From the NCBI GenBank assembly GCA_000991405.1, contig LBRL01000002.1, positions 7,583 to 71,582 on the forward strand: DNA of 64,000 bases. Direction: 5' to 3'. Made by a program: the position numbers and the translations under genes. Positions 49,277 to 60,060 of this stretch are shown one piece after another (the stretch's first letter is position 1; each line of letters begins with the position of its first letter). The notes beneath the pieces are model-generated. The model did not search any database. It worked only from the letters and a program-made list of their open reading frames with translations, and was not told the DNA's origin. The stretch is from Candidatus Nomurabacteria bacterium GW2011_GWD2_36_14 (GTDB taxonomy: Bacteria > Patescibacteriota > Minisyncoccia > Phycocordibacterales > UBA9973).

Positions 49277-50151
49277 CCACTAGGTATTAAATCATCACTA
49301 TTAATACTAGCATCTACAAACCATTGCTTTGGAACTATTACCACCTTGTCTTTATAATCAGCTAGCCATGCACCCCACCAAGAAAAAGAGCTATTGGGAA
49401 TTATGAAGTTGTGGCATGCAGACATAAGAGCCATGTGCCCTTCTGCCTTAGTACCTGCATATTCCTCTCCTACAAACATAGTAGGTAAATCAAACTTCAT
49501 ATTCCCTTCACACCACTTTACATCATCAGAAAATACATAAATCTTGTCTATATTTGTAAGACTTTTTATTCTCTCTATTCCTCTATCATAATAATCTTTG
49601 CCTACTACTTCATGATGAAAATTACCTACGTAGTCTCCCCTCCTCACATGAACACACAAAGAATTTTCCTTTTTTATAACTTCATTTAAATTCTCTATAT
49701 GTAAGGGTAATTTATTTTTAAACGTGAAGTCTTTGCGAATAATATCTTCAATGCTTTCAAAATATTTATAACTCTGCCACCATCCTTCAAGATATGCATC
49801 TGACCCAAGTTGTAAAATAGATGCATCAAAACTACAATTCATCTTTTCTTTTCCGGGCGTCGATATCAATTTACGACGAAAATAATCTATATATCTCATA
49901 AATATTCCAAGATTATGTTTTCTATATAAAAAAGGGATATCCTTCTTAGAAACAATTACTGCCTCTATGTTAAAAACATCCAGATCGTAATTTCTAAATG
50001 TAAAGTTTGCGAAGTTTGGTATGGGAGTACGATCCAGCAGAAAGGTCAGATCGAGCCCAAGTGGCACATTATTCTTCACAGAAAGAGCTCTTCCTAATGC
50101 GTACTGGAACATCTGATTACCAATCCCTCCTTGTAGCCGTGTGATTATCAT
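49261..50151 (-). CDS. alpha-1,2-fucosyltransferase (GT11, FutC/WbnK-like)
   Basis: Motif [23 protein letters not shown] and the HVRRGDY motif. Confidence 0.8.
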   Translation of the reverse strand: MIITRLQGGIGNQMFQYALGRALSVKNNVPLGLDLTFLLDRTPIPNFANFTFRNYDLDVFNIEAVIVSKKDIPFLYRKHNLGIFMRYIDYFRRKLISTPGKEKMNCSFDASILQLGSDAYLEGWWQSYKYFESIEDIIRKDFTFKNKLPLHIENLNEVIKKENSLCVHVRRGDYVGNFHHEVVGKDYYDRGIERIKSLTNIDKIYVFSDDVKWCEGNMKFDLPTMFVGEEYAGTKAEGHMALMSACHNFIIPNSSFSWWGAWLADYKDKVVIVPKQWFVDASINSDDLIPSGWIRI

Positions 50152-51080
50152 AAACTTACATTTTCTTTATACCATTTATAAGTTCTTTTTATTCCATCAG
50201 TTAGTCTTATTTTAGGACTCCAACCAAGTGATTTTATTTTAGAGATATCTAATAACTTTCTTGGTGTCCCATCTGGCTTAGATGAATCCCAGACAATCTG
50301 GCCTTTATATCCCACACATTCTTTTACTATATTAGCTAATTCTAAAATAGATAAATCCTCTCCTGTACCTATATTTATAATCTTAGGACTAGAATAATTA
50401 TTCATCAAGAATACGCAAGCAGAAGCAAGATCGTCAACATGTAAAAATTCTCTCTTGGGACTACCTGTACCCCACAGAACAACTTCTTTTAAATTATTTT
50501 TCTTTGCATCATCAAATTTTCTTATCATTGCTGGAAGTACATGAGAGCTCTCCAAGTCAAAATTATCATTCTCTCCATATAGATTTGTAGGCATGACACT
50601 TATCGCATCCATGCCATACTGCTTTGAATAAGATTGGCACATAATTATGCCAGCTATTTTAGCTATTGCATAAGGTTCATTCGTTGGTTCAAGAGCACCT
50701 GTCATAAAGTACTCTTCTCTTATAGGCTGTAATGCAAGCTTCGGATAAATGCAGGAACTTCCCAAAAAAAGCAACTTCTTCGCTTTTGACTTATAAGCAT
50801 TATCTATAATGTTTGTTTGTATTAAAATATTATCTTTTATAAAATCTGCTGGATATTTATCATTGGCAAATATACCTCCAACTTTAGCTGCTGCCAAAAA
50901 AATGTACTCTGGTTTTTCGCTCGTAAAGAACTTCTCTACTTCTACATATGAAGTCAGATCTAGATCTGATCTAGGTTTAGTCAGTAAATTTGAATACCCA
51001 GCCTCTTTTAGAGCTCTAACTATAGCCGAGCCCACTAGCCCATTATGTCCTGCAATATATATCTTTGAATTTTTGTTCAT
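50148..51080 (-). CDS. fcl: GDP-L-fucose synthase (GDP-4-keto-6-deoxymannose 3,5-epimerase/4-reductase)
   Basis: [18 protein letters not shown] Rossmann motif, a YxxxK motif, and position immediately downstream of gmd. Confidence 0.85.
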   Translation of the reverse strand: MNKNSKIYIAGHNGLVGSAIVRALKEAGYSNLLTKPRSDLDLTSYVEVEKFFTSEKPEYIFLAAAKVGGIFANDKYPADFIKDNILIQTNIIDNAYKSKAKKLLFLGSSCIYPKLALQPIREEYFMTGALEPTNEPYAIAKIAGIIMCQSYSKQYGMDAISVMPTNLYGENDNFDLESSHVLPAMIRKFDDAKKNNLKEVVLWGTGSPKREFLHVDDLASACVFLMNNYSSPKIINIGTGEDLSILELANIVKECVGYKGQIVWDSSKPDGTPRKLLDISKIKSLGWSPKIRLTDGIKRTYKWYKENVSL

Positions 51081-51088
51081 ATTTATAT

Positions 51089-52150
51089 TTATATAATATA
51101 ATTCTTACTTGATATTCCTCTTTCTTCAAATTCACCCCGGATCATCAATTGAATTAAATCTTTAAACTTAACTTTAGTCTCCCAATTTAATTTTTGTTTA
51201 GCTTTTGTATTATCTCCTAACAATACATCGACCTCAGAAGGTCTGTAATATATAGGGTCTATGCTTATCAAAACTTTTCCAGACTTTTCATCAATACCTT
51301 CTTCTTCCAATCCATTTCCTTTCCAAACAATTTTATAACCAAGGACTGAAGCAGAATATTCTACAAATTCTCGGACAGAGTGTGCCTCTCCTGTAGAGAT
51401 CACATAATCATCAGGTTTGTCTTGCTCTAGCATGAGCCACATTGCCTCTACATAATCTTTAGCATAACCCCAGTCTCTCTTTGCTTCTAAGTTACCTAAA
51501 AATATTTTGTCTTTTTTGCCAAGTTTAATGTCGACAAGACCTTCTACAATCTTCTTAGTAACGAAAGTCCTACCTCTTCTAGGTGATTCATGGTTGAAAA
51601 GTATACCATTACAGATAAACATATCATATGAATCACGATAATTACTACATATCATATGAGAAAAAACTTTTGCACAACCATAAGGACTTTGAGGATTAAA
51701 GGGGGTGGTTTCCTTTTGGGGAGTTTCTAAAACTTTACCAAACATTTCACTTGAGCCAGCTTGATAAAACTTTATTTTTGGATTAAATTCTTTAATAACA
51801 TCTAATAAACGTAAAGTTCCTAAAGCATCAATATCAGCAGTATACTCTGGAATATCAAAGCTTACTCTAACATGACTTTGAGCCCCTAGATTATAAATCT
51901 CATCTGGATTACTTTTTTTAATTATATTTATAATGCTATTTGAATCTGATAAATCCCCATAATGAAGAATTAAATGACGATTATCTATATGGGGGTCTTG
52001 ATATATTTTATCCAACCTGCCTGTGTTAAAGCTTGAAGAACGTCTTATCATTCCATGAACTTCATAACCTTTCTCTAGTAAAAATTCGGCCAAGTATGAG
52101 CCATCTTGTCCTGTAATACCTATTATTAATGCTCTTTTTTTGTTTTTCAT
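51089..52150 (-). CDS. gmd: GDP-mannose 4,6-dehydratase
   Basis: [27 protein letters not shown] and the rest of the protein read as the Gmd family. Confidence 0.9.
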   Translation of the reverse strand: MKNKKRALIIGITGQDGSYLAEFLLEKGYEVHGMIRRSSSFNTGRLDKIYQDPHIDNRHLILHYGDLSDSNSIINIIKKSNPDEIYNLGAQSHVRVSFDIPEYTADIDALGTLRLLDVIKEFNPKIKFYQAGSSEMFGKVLETPQKETTPFNPQSPYGCAKVFSHMICSNYRDSYDMFICNGILFNHESPRRGRTFVTKKIVEGLVDIKLGKKDKIFLGNLEAKRDWGYAKDYVEAMWLMLEQDKPDDYVISTGEAHSVREFVEYSASVLGYKIVWKGNGLEEEGIDEKSGKVLISIDPIYYRPSEVDVLLGDNTKAKQKLNWETKVKFKDLIQLMIRGEFEERGISSKNYII

Positions 52151-52162
52151 AATATTACTCTA

Positions 52163-53059
52163 TTATATACTACTTTCTTTGAGCTCCCCAATCCCCTCCT
52201 CTAAGCTTATAGAAGGCTCCCAGCCTAGAAGCTCCTTGGCTTTCGATATACCAGCTTGTAGACTCTTCGGCTCTAGACGAGGGGCTATATGCTCGACTTC
52301 CCCACCGACGAGCTCGGCTATCCTATTCACTGAGGCTTGGTAGCCTGTACCAATGTTGATAACTTCTCCTTTGCCTACCTTCTCGCCTTTCATGGCTAGG
52401 ATATTGGCACGAGCGACGTCGGCGACATTCACATAGTCGCGAGTATTCTCGCCACTGCCGACTATTATAAGCTTCTGGCCCTTCTTTCTAAGATCTAGGA
52501 ATCGAGCAATGACTAGTGGGTATGAACCGTCGACAGACTGACGTGGACCGTAGACATTGAAGTAGCGAAGGCAGACGGTTTCCAATCCATAAATCTGTGC
52601 GTATAACTTCATGTACCCTTCGCCTATAGACTTATGTAAAGCATATGGAGAGATAGGATGAGGTATCATGTCTTCTACTATCGGTAGCTTGTCTTGGTCG
52701 CCATATACAGAGCAAGAAGAGGCAAAGATGATTCTCTTCACTTTGTTTAGTCTGCAAGCCTCAAGCACACTTAAGGTACCATTCACATTAATATCGTTCG
52801 TAATAAATGGATGCTCTATGGAGTACTGCACTTGAGGCACTGCCGCTTCGTGGAAGACGTAAGTAGCACTAGCAAAAATAGGAAGGAGAGCTTCTCCATC
52901 TCTTATGTCCAACTTGTGCATTGTAGCCTTCGGATTGATATTCTCGGGCTTGCCAGCTGACATGTCGTCGATGATGTGCACTTCATGCCCATCTAAAACA
53001 AGCATATCTACAATATGACTACCAATAAATCCAGCACCCCCTGTAACTATGATTTTCAT
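52163..53059 (-). CDS. NAD-dependent sugar-nucleotide 4-epimerase (GalE-like)
   Basis: IIVTGGAGFIGSH and YxxxK (YALHKSIGE). Confidence 0.8.
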   Translation of the reverse strand: MKIIVTGGAGFIGSHIVDMLVLDGHEVHIIDDMSAGKPENINPKATMHKLDIRDGEALLPIFASATYVFHEAAVPQVQYSIEHPFITNDINVNGTLSVLEACRLNKVKRIIFASSCSVYGDQDKLPIVEDMIPHPISPYALHKSIGEGYMKLYAQIYGLETVCLRYFNVYGPRQSVDGSYPLVIARFLDLRKKGQKLIIVGSGENTRDYVNVADVARANILAMKGEKVGKGEVINIGTGYQASVNRIAELVGGEVEHIAPRLEPKSLQAGISKAKELLGWEPSISLEEGIGELKESSI

Positions 53060-53346
53060 TTTATCTTGGCTTTTTTCTCCAAAGTATTTACACGTGAGGC
53101 TAATTGGTCAAAAGTATGATAAGAAACAAATTTGTCACCAATATTCAAAACATCATTTCTAGTTATTCTAAGATTTTCCTTGACATCATTTACATCTTTT
53201 TTGACTTCGTTTATTTCTTTTTTAACCTCATTTATTTCACTCTTTATTTCACTCTTTATTTCACTCTTAACATCATCAAAACCTTTAGCGACCATAATCG
53301 CCAAATCATCAATTGTAATTTTTTTATTTTTTGTGATTTTTTTCAT
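53056..53346 (-). CDS. hypothetical coiled-coil protein with SEIK/EVKK repeats
   Basis: Encoded by 12-nt tandem DNA repeats (tttatttcactc, three copies) at 53195-53278. Confidence 0.4.
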   Translation of the reverse strand: MKKITKNKKITIDDLAIMVAKGFDDVKSEIKSEIKSEINEVKKEINEVKKDVNDVKENLRITRNDVLNIGDKFVSYHTFDQLASRVNTLEKKAKIK

Positions 53347-53511
53347 ATTTCAAGTATATCAAATACTATTTTTTGTGCAAACATTACGACTAAAACATAC
53401 TAGAATTCCGAATAGTCAAGACTATTCGGAATTATCGTTCATTTTGGTCATAAAATCACAACATAATCGTGAAAAATTGATAAAAAACATCTTTTTTCAC
53501 GATTATGGACC

Positions 53512-54246
53512 TTATTCTACCTTTGTATAATGTGAAGCGTGAGGTTTGCCTTCCCTCTTTATTTTACCTTCTTTTGTGAGAATATTTAAATATTTGGTGG
53601 CGGTATCGTCGCTGACGTGAATGAACTTCTCCACATCATCATTCTTGATACTTATTTCCCCCACACCTATCCGATTACGGATATGTGTACGGGCATGCTT
53701 TTTATCAAATAACTCCATAACCTTATAGACCCTCTTCATCATCTGCTCCTTTCTCTTTCTGTTTGCTAGGGCTAGAGTCTCCTTTGTCCTACCCATATAG
53801 CTTATAAATGCCAAAGCAGCACTGTTCAGCTTTGGATTAGTACTGTATATGGAACTAGGTTCTAGTGACGAGGGACTAGTAGATAGTGGAGATTCAGAAG
53901 TAGTAGGGATAGGAGCAGATGGAGGCAAGGCCTCTATCTGCTCCTCGTTCTTTGGTGGTATTATTACCGGCTCTGGGTTAACTACTGGTTCTTCTACAAC
54001 AACAGGGGCTTCAGTACGTTCGCCTGTTGGCTCAGCACCTATACTTACATCGGCTACGGGGGTTGGTTCTTGCTGTTTGGTTTGTGGTGCTTGGAGTGGC
54101 TCGGTAATCGGTGATGAAACTGGTTCTTGACTACTAGTGTTTGGTGTTAGGACTTCGCTTGGTAGCTCAGTACCTACAGCTCCACCGTCTTCGATTGGTT
54201 TTGTTATTTCATCGGACATATAATGATTATATAATATTGAGAACAA
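53512..54246 (-). CDS. hypothetical protein with Pro/Thr/Ser-rich N-terminal region and C-terminal winged-HTH-like domain
   Basis: Low-complexity PTS-rich first 150 aa. The C-terminus reads RNRIGVGEISIKNDDVEKFIHVSDDTATKYLNILTKEGKIKREG. Confidence 0.4.
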   Translation of the reverse strand: MFSILYNHYMSDEITKPIEDGGAVGTELPSEVLTPNTSSQEPVSSPITEPLQAPQTKQQEPTPVADVSIGAEPTGERTEAPVVVEEPVVNPEPVIIPPKNEEQIEALPPSAPIPTTSESPLSTSPSSLEPSSIYSTNPKLNSAALAFISYMGRTKETLALANRKRKEQMMKRVYKVMELFDKKHARTHIRNRIGVGEISIKNDDVEKFIHVSDDTATKYLNILTKEGKIKREGKPHASHYTKVE

Positions 54247-54338
54247 AATGTCTTTATATAAAAAGGAATAAAAAAATACCCCAATACAACAGTTACGTAT
54301 ATATTGGGGTATTTGGGTTTATAAAAAATTCCTTGCTT

Positions 54339-54623
54339 TTATGCAGAAACAAGTTCAAGTTCGATAGACTGTTTTTTGACTTTTAGTTCATCAGAAAGCA
54401 ATACTTCTAACGTCTTAAGACACTCATGAAATGGTAATTTGTTCCTTTCTTGATAGAAAATAGAAATTACAGTGTTTTCAAGGTCATGTACATTATATTT
54501 ACATTCAGAACCGAACTCACTTAGGTCTGAGCCTAAACTGTTTAAGAAATCAATAATAATCTTTTTCCTGTCATTTTTTTCAGGAATAGAACTTTTTCCT
54601 TTACGATTTTTTTTCTTATTCAT
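54339..54623 (-). CDS. hypothetical protein
   Basis: 94-aa basic ORF. Confidence 0.3.
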   Translation of the reverse strand: MNKKKNRKGKSSIPEKNDRKKIIIDFLNSLGSDLSEFGSECKYNVHDLENTVISIFYQERNKLPFHECLKTLEVLLSDELKVKKQSIELELVSA

Positions 54624-54687
54624 CGTATTAAAAATTAATTAGTTAAAGAAAATAAAAATACCAGAACTTAGTTCTGAAATAGAGAGA

Positions 54688-54897
54688 TCAGCAATAATAC
54701 CCGCCGACAATTCTTTTGGCTTCAGTAATAGGTATCCCTTTTTGTTGAGATACTTTAACCGCAGTCCTTTTCAGATCAGCCCTATTTATACTTGATACTG
54801 CAACAGCATCATGTCCACAACATGTATGGCCAATAGTACCTAAAAAATCCGAAGGAAATACAAGTATTTCCTTTTCAACAAATTTTTTCTTTTTCAT
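54688..54897 (-). CDS. hypothetical protein
   Basis: 69-aa ORF with a Cys/His cluster (GHTCCGHD). Confidence 0.3.
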   Translation of the reverse strand: MKKKKFVEKEILVFPSDFLGTIGHTCCGHDAVAVSSINRADLKRTAVKVSQQKGIPITEAKRIVGGYYC

Positions 54898-54994
54898 AAC
54901 CCAGAAATTTAAAAGATTTTAAATTACTTAAATTAACTCATATTAACTATACCACCTTATTTTATATAAGTAAATATGAGAAATTTTATAAAAT

Positions 54995-57091
54995 TTACTT
55001 AAAATTAACTACTGGCCAAGTGTTGTTTTTGTTTATGAATTCAATGATCTGGTCGAGAACGGCTCCGCCTTCGTAATTGTTGGCCTTCAACCTTGCTGTA
55101 GCCTTGATGAAGTTGTCCTTGTCTTTCAATGCGTAGAAGTATTGAATGAATGAAAAGTATATACCGTTTATTCTCTTCATATCTTTTTCAAAGAAAATAG
55201 AGTCCAGATTAAGAGCTTTCTCGAAATATACAAACGACTCGCCAAACTTCATTTGATAATACAAATTCAATGCCAAACCATAGTTCGAGTCTGGTCTGTT
55301 GGGAGCAAGAGCAACGACCTTCTTAAAGTAACTCTCCCCTTTCTCTAGAAGTAACTGATCCTTCAAGTCTTTACCCTTACCACTATAAACGTTCGCCAAG
55401 TATACCAAAGACCGTGAATCAAATGGCCTTTTATTTATAAACTCTTCCTCTTTAGTAAATGCTATATCTGCTAGCTTGGTGAGAGAGGCATTCTCTGTAT
55501 CAGTATTTGATCCATAAGTTACCAAAAAGTCATTCCGTATATTCGCTTGAGCGACTGTAAATGGAGTGAAAATCTTATCAGCTTTACTTAACATGAGTTC
55601 TCCGTTATTTACTTTCTTGAATACTAGATACTCTTTCATGTCTATGTATCCAGGGATATCATTCCTCATAAATACAAAAGACAAAAATAATGCTAATACT
55701 GAGAAAAATACACCTACAATAACTTTCACTTTATTATTATATTGATTATTTATTTCTGTCTTTTCCTCTATACTATTATCAATAGCTACATATACAATAA
55801 AAGCTAAAACTGCAAAGAATGGTATGTAAGTTGTAATGTGATCAAATATAAATAATAGATGAATTAAGAATGAAATACTGATAAAAAGTAACCCTACATT
55901 GATCCAAGAAAATTCTTTACTTTTAAAAATGGATTTGAAAAGGAAAAACCAAAGAGTTAAATATGAGATAAGCCCTAGAACCCCACTCATAACTAACACG
56001 TCGAGAAGTTTATTGTGAGCTCTATCAAACCATCTATTTTCGTATTTGAACTGCAAAGGATTCAAATACTTCTGATAAGCAAGACTGAAATTCTCTGGAC
56101 CCCAGCCTATTAAAGTCTTCTTGAGACTATTGTTCATGGGATTAATAGCTTCAAGACTAAGCTTGGCTGTTAGAAGCCTGGTGTTCGTGGTGGCATCCTC
56201 GCTACTTATAACTGCTACTCGAGAAATCCCCGGAACTTTCTGCCAGAATCCACTTTTATGAGTTGCGACAAAAAATACTCCAAATGCAAATATACAACAC
56301 AAAATAATTACTGAAATTTTTCGCAAATTAAACTTCTTATAAGAAACATATTTACCCTTTACTGCTCCATATATGAAGATAGAAGTGAATCCTACTACAA
56401 GACTCAATATAGATCCTCTAGTCTGAGTGAGGAATATTCCTACGATAGATAGAATGACAGTAATTATAGAAAAATATTTCCATCCCATTAGAGACAAATC
56501 CTTGCTGTAAGCCCTCGCAGTCTCTAACGGGATTAAACCCTGAAACACAGCGATAGCAGAGAAAATTGAGAAAAGTAGGTACCCAGCTAGAAATGTAGGA
56601 TTATAAACGAAAGAGTTGGGTCTCATAAGCCCACCAGAATATTGTATGAATTCTTTAACTACTAGGGCACAAGTTACCAGCAAAATTAGTTTGAAGAATA
56701 CAAGCCAATCTTTCTTCTCAAAAATAAGCAGACTGAAAACAAAGAAAGAGAAGAAGAATGCAAGCCCTACAAGTCCTTCGGCACGTTCCAAGTTACCCCA
56801 GAAGGCTCCATACTTATCCACAGCAAAGATAGCACTGACCATGGTTATAAATATAAAAACAGAGATGGAAAGGAATAAAGGATTCCTGATAATTTTCTTT
56901 ACTTTTTCTACTATCCCCTCTCTAAATTCCTTTTTATAAAAGAAATTGATTATAAATAAGATACTTACTATTACCAACACTCCTCTTATAAATATACTCT
57001 CCCCCGAAACATAAGGTGCGAAGACTGACTTGTCCACAATAAGCGGAGTGAGAGTGAGAGCCCATAAGCATACCTTTAAAACTTTATTCAT
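54995..57091 (-). CDS. O-antigen ligase/polymerase-family membrane protein with C-terminal TPR repeats (candidate oligosaccharyl:acceptor transferase)
   Basis: About 12 TM segments with a Wzy_C-like loop region, followed by a TPR-like C-terminus (KALNLDSIFFEK, YFKKVVALAPN). Confidence 0.65.
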   Translation of the reverse strand: MNKVLKVCLWALTLTPLIVDKSVFAPYVSGESIFIRGVLVIVSILFIINFFYKKEFREGIVEKVKKIIRNPLFLSISVFIFITMVSAIFAVDKYGAFWGNLERAEGLVGLAFFFSFFVFSLLIFEKKDWLVFFKLILLVTCALVVKEFIQYSGGLMRPNSFVYNPTFLAGYLLFSIFSAIAVFQGLIPLETARAYSKDLSLMGWKYFSIITVILSIVGIFLTQTRGSILSLVVGFTSIFIYGAVKGKYVSYKKFNLRKISVIILCCIFAFGVFFVATHKSGFWQKVPGISRVAVISSEDATTNTRLLTAKLSLEAINPMNNSLKKTLIGWGPENFSLAYQKYLNPLQFKYENRWFDRAHNKLLDVLVMSGVLGLISYLTLWFFLFKSIFKSKEFSWINVGLLFISISFLIHLLFIFDHITTYIPFFAVLAFIVYVAIDNSIEEKTEINNQYNNKVKVIVGVFFSVLALFLSFVFMRNDIPGYIDMKEYLVFKKVNNGELMLSKADKIFTPFTVAQANIRNDFLVTYGSNTDTENASLTKLADIAFTKEEEFINKRPFDSRSLVYLANVYSGKGKDLKDQLLLEKGESYFKKVVALAPNRPDSNYGLALNLYYQMKFGESFVYFEKALNLDSIFFEKDMKRINGIYFSFIQYFYALKDKDNFIKATARLKANNYEGGAVLDQIIEFINKNNTWPVVNFK

Positions 57092-57229
57092 ATACTCTTA
57101 TCATAACAAATTAAATATAAAACAAAAATCCCCGAGCCTTTCGGCTCGGGGATTTTATGGGTTCGCAGTTTTCCTTCTGTTCAAATTTTATCTGTCCTAA
57201 GTAATTACTTACCTAGACCAAACTTCCAA

Positions 57230-59059
57230 CTATGAAGCTGTTACGTATACTTCTGTAGTTTTGAAGTCTGAAAGACCCCAAGTCTGAGTGATAAGAGCAG
57301 GAGATGATCCATGATCTGTATCAGTCCATGTAACGTTAACCAACTTCATACCAGTAAAGCCTGCTGCACCTCCATCTGGAACAGTACCTGTGATAGTAAA
57401 TGTTCTTGATGTACCAGCTGCAACCTTATCAGCAGTTGTAAATGTAGCACCCTTTGATGTTACACCTGATACTGATGAAGATTTAGCCAATGTTCCACCA
57501 TAAGCTGCTGTCTTAGCAACTGCAGTTAGAGTAGTTGGTGTATCAATGTAGATATCACTACCTGATGGAGCAGTAACTGTGAATGCGATTGAGTAATTAC
57601 CTTGTTTCTTACCAACTGCTGAACCTTCAACTGAAGTTGCTGATGTAGCACCTAGAGTAAATGTAGGAGCGTATTGGTACATGTACATTGTGTTTCCTAC
57701 AACGTTAGATGAGGAAACAGTTACTGTAGCAAATGATGCATCTGTAGCAACAGTTGAAGCGGAAGTCAAAGTAGCTGTAATTCCAGCACCCTTTTGTGTG
57801 ATTCCGGCAGCATCTGCAGCACCAGTAATAGGATTCATTTGTGCCCAGATTGACAATGTCTTTGTTGTATCCTTAGCTATGTCAATATTTAGAGTAGGGA
57901 ATGTAGCTGTAGCTGTAGAAAGAGTTACGGAAGAAAGTACTGATGTACCATCACGAAGCTCAACTGCTGCAACTTCATTTGCTACAGTTCCAGCTGTTGC
58001 TGCAAGAGTAGCTACTAGTTGTGTAATATTGATTTTTGCATCTTTTCCTTTGAAGTCAATGTCCATCAACTTAACAGGAGTTAAGACACCAGCTGTAGTA
58101 CTAAGACCTGCAACTGATTGAGCTACAGGGCTATTTGCATTTAAGCTTGTTGTCAACGTACCTGTTGTTGAGGCTGCTGAACTTGAAAGATTTATAGTAC
58201 GAGCAGTTATAGTGTAAGCAGTTGAAATACCTGCACCATCAGTTGCTCTAACTGAACTTGTTGCAGCAACTGTTACTGATTCACTATTTTGAGTCAAAGT
58301 TGGACGGTTGATTGTCAATGTCAAAATCTTTGTTGTTCCTACTGGAACTACAACGTTTAAGCCATTGAATTGCATCTGCCAAGCTGAACCAACTGTAGTT
58401 TCAGTAACTGTTCCAGCTGTAAGAGGCATAGTTGCTAGAACTGTTGACCCATCTGATAGGGTTGCAGTGTCTGCAGATAGCCAAATACGCTTGTTGATAT
58501 CTAACCATAGGCGAGATACTTTCATATCAGAACCTGTAGCCTTGATCTTCAAAGCCATAACTGCCTTACTCTCTCCTTTAAGAACTGAGAGGTTGTCTGC
58601 AGGAATAGCATCGTAAGTTACTGTTATTGAACCTTCTTGTCCAACAGTTGAAACTACTGGAGCTGGTGTTGTTCCTGCAGGTGATGCAGTACAGTTACTT
58701 GCCAAAGTCATTCCATTTGGACAAAGTGATACTGCTGGAGCTGGTGTTGTTCCTTCTGATGCTGCTGTAAGAGCGGCACGAGTGATAGGACCAACAATAC
58801 CGTCAGACTCTAAGTTTTTCAAAGTTTGAAAAGCTTTAACTGCTGCGATTGTCTTAGGACCTACTACTCCATCAATTGAAAGAGTTGAACCTGTTGCCAT
58901 GTTCAATACAGTCTGCATGTCCTTCTTTTCTTGTAGAGTGTCGATTTTACTATCGAATGTGAATGCTGAAGCTGTTAAAGCTGTAGCAAACATTGCGAGA
59001 GCAAAAACTGCACCTGCGAATAATTTTTTATTTAACATATTTCTAATTATTGTATGCAC
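57230..59059 (-). CDS. cell-surface protein with signal peptide, peptidoglycan-binding domain and long Thr/Ala/Ser-rich region
   Basis: Signal peptide, then a PG_binding_1-like region (IDGVVGPKTIAAVKAFQTLKNLESDGIVGPITRAAL), then about 450 aa of T/A/S/V-rich, beta-rich sequence. Confidence 0.6.
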   Translation of the reverse strand: MHTIIRNMLNKKLFAGAVFALAMFATALTASAFTFDSKIDTLQEKKDMQTVLNMATGSTLSIDGVVGPKTIAAVKAFQTLKNLESDGIVGPITRAALTAASEGTTPAPAVSLCPNGMTLASNCTASPAGTTPAPVVSTVGQEGSITVTYDAIPADNLSVLKGESKAVMALKIKATGSDMKVSRLWLDINKRIWLSADTATLSDGSTVLATMPLTAGTVTETTVGSAWQMQFNGLNVVVPVGTTKILTLTINRPTLTQNSESVTVAATSSVRATDGAGISTAYTITARTINLSSSAASTTGTLTTSLNANSPVAQSVAGLSTTAGVLTPVKLMDIDFKGKDAKINITQLVATLAATAGTVANEVAAVELRDGTSVLSSVTLSTATATFPTLNIDIAKDTTKTLSIWAQMNPITGAADAAGITQKGAGITATLTSASTVATDASFATVTVSSSNVVGNTMYMYQYAPTFTLGATSATSVEGSAVGKKQGNYSIAFTVTAPSGSDIYIDTPTTLTAVAKTAAYGGTLAKSSSVSGVTSKGATFTTADKVAAGTSRTFTITGTVPDGGAAGFTGMKLVNVTWTDTDHGSSPALITQTWGLSDFKTTEVYVTAS

Positions 59060-60060
59060 TTTTAAATTGATTTCGACTTATCCCCGGACGTGACTAATAA
59101 AATAATAATACGACGGGGAAAAAACCAATATGTGTGCATATTTAGATTACTCTCCACTTTTTAATAGTAAAGAATAATCTTTTTACTGAACTTCTAAATC
59201 TTGTAACTTTTCTATACACCCCAGAACCAGAGCAAGCTCGGTACGGGGCATGCTTCTCTCTATCACAGTCCTCCGCTTCTCTATCAAAAGCAACGGTGTA
59301 GTAATAAAGATGCGAGAAACAAAATTTAGAATCGTAAACGAAATCCATAAACACATCTGCTTGTTTCATTTATAAAAAATTCTTGCGAATTGTTTACAAA
59401 TATAGACAAGCATATCTGCCTTGTCGACAGGGCCGATACCACACTTTAAAGATTTACCCATACACTTAATTTAAGTGTGCGGGTTTAATTTTAATTTCTC
59501 ATTTATCACCCGCCTCTATCAACGGGATAATCTTACTCTCTATCATCCTCCATAATTTTCTCTATCAAAAAAAATTAAAGGCGGACAAGGAAAAATAAGA
59601 CTTACCCAATCTCTATCAATCGGGCAACTAAGAGAAATCAAAAACTAAAAATCTAAAATGGATTGACCAGTGAAAACATAACGGCTATAAACCATTTGGT
59701 ATTAACGATATTATAGTATTAAATTTTCAATGATCTTCTCCCTCCTGTAGAGGCTTGTAAAACCACCACATAAGAGATATTACATATTAGCATATAAAGC
59801 ATATAAATGCCAATACTAATATGCAATATCATTATATAATAGGGCTAAATAATATGCAACAAATATGTGGATAACTGAGCCATATAATATGGCATTTTAT
59901 GTGATATTGAGATACTCCCTCTTATATATGTAGGTAGACGTAATGGGAGGGAGAAAATTACGGAGAAACCACCACCTCGCCCTTTGGGCATTCCTCCTCA
60001 ATAAGGAGGAGATGAATTCAAAACTCCCCTCCTTATTGAGGAGGGGGTTGGGGGTGGTGA

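Noticed and set aside
53104-53530. Plus-strand ORFs (99 aa and 132 aa) rich in Phe/Ile/Ser
   Set aside because: Antisense to the tandem-repeat coiled-coil gene and the following AT-rich spacer. This is a compositional artefact.
57681-58616. Plus-strand ORFs inside the surface-protein gene
   Set aside because: Antisense to the Thr/Ala/Ser-rich repeat region. The GC-rich, repetitive codons keep spurious frames open.
59142-59369. 75-aa minus-strand ORF
   Set aside because: Sits in the AT-rich non-coding region carrying the TCTCTATCA repeats. It has no start context or conservation signal and is more likely regulatory DNA.
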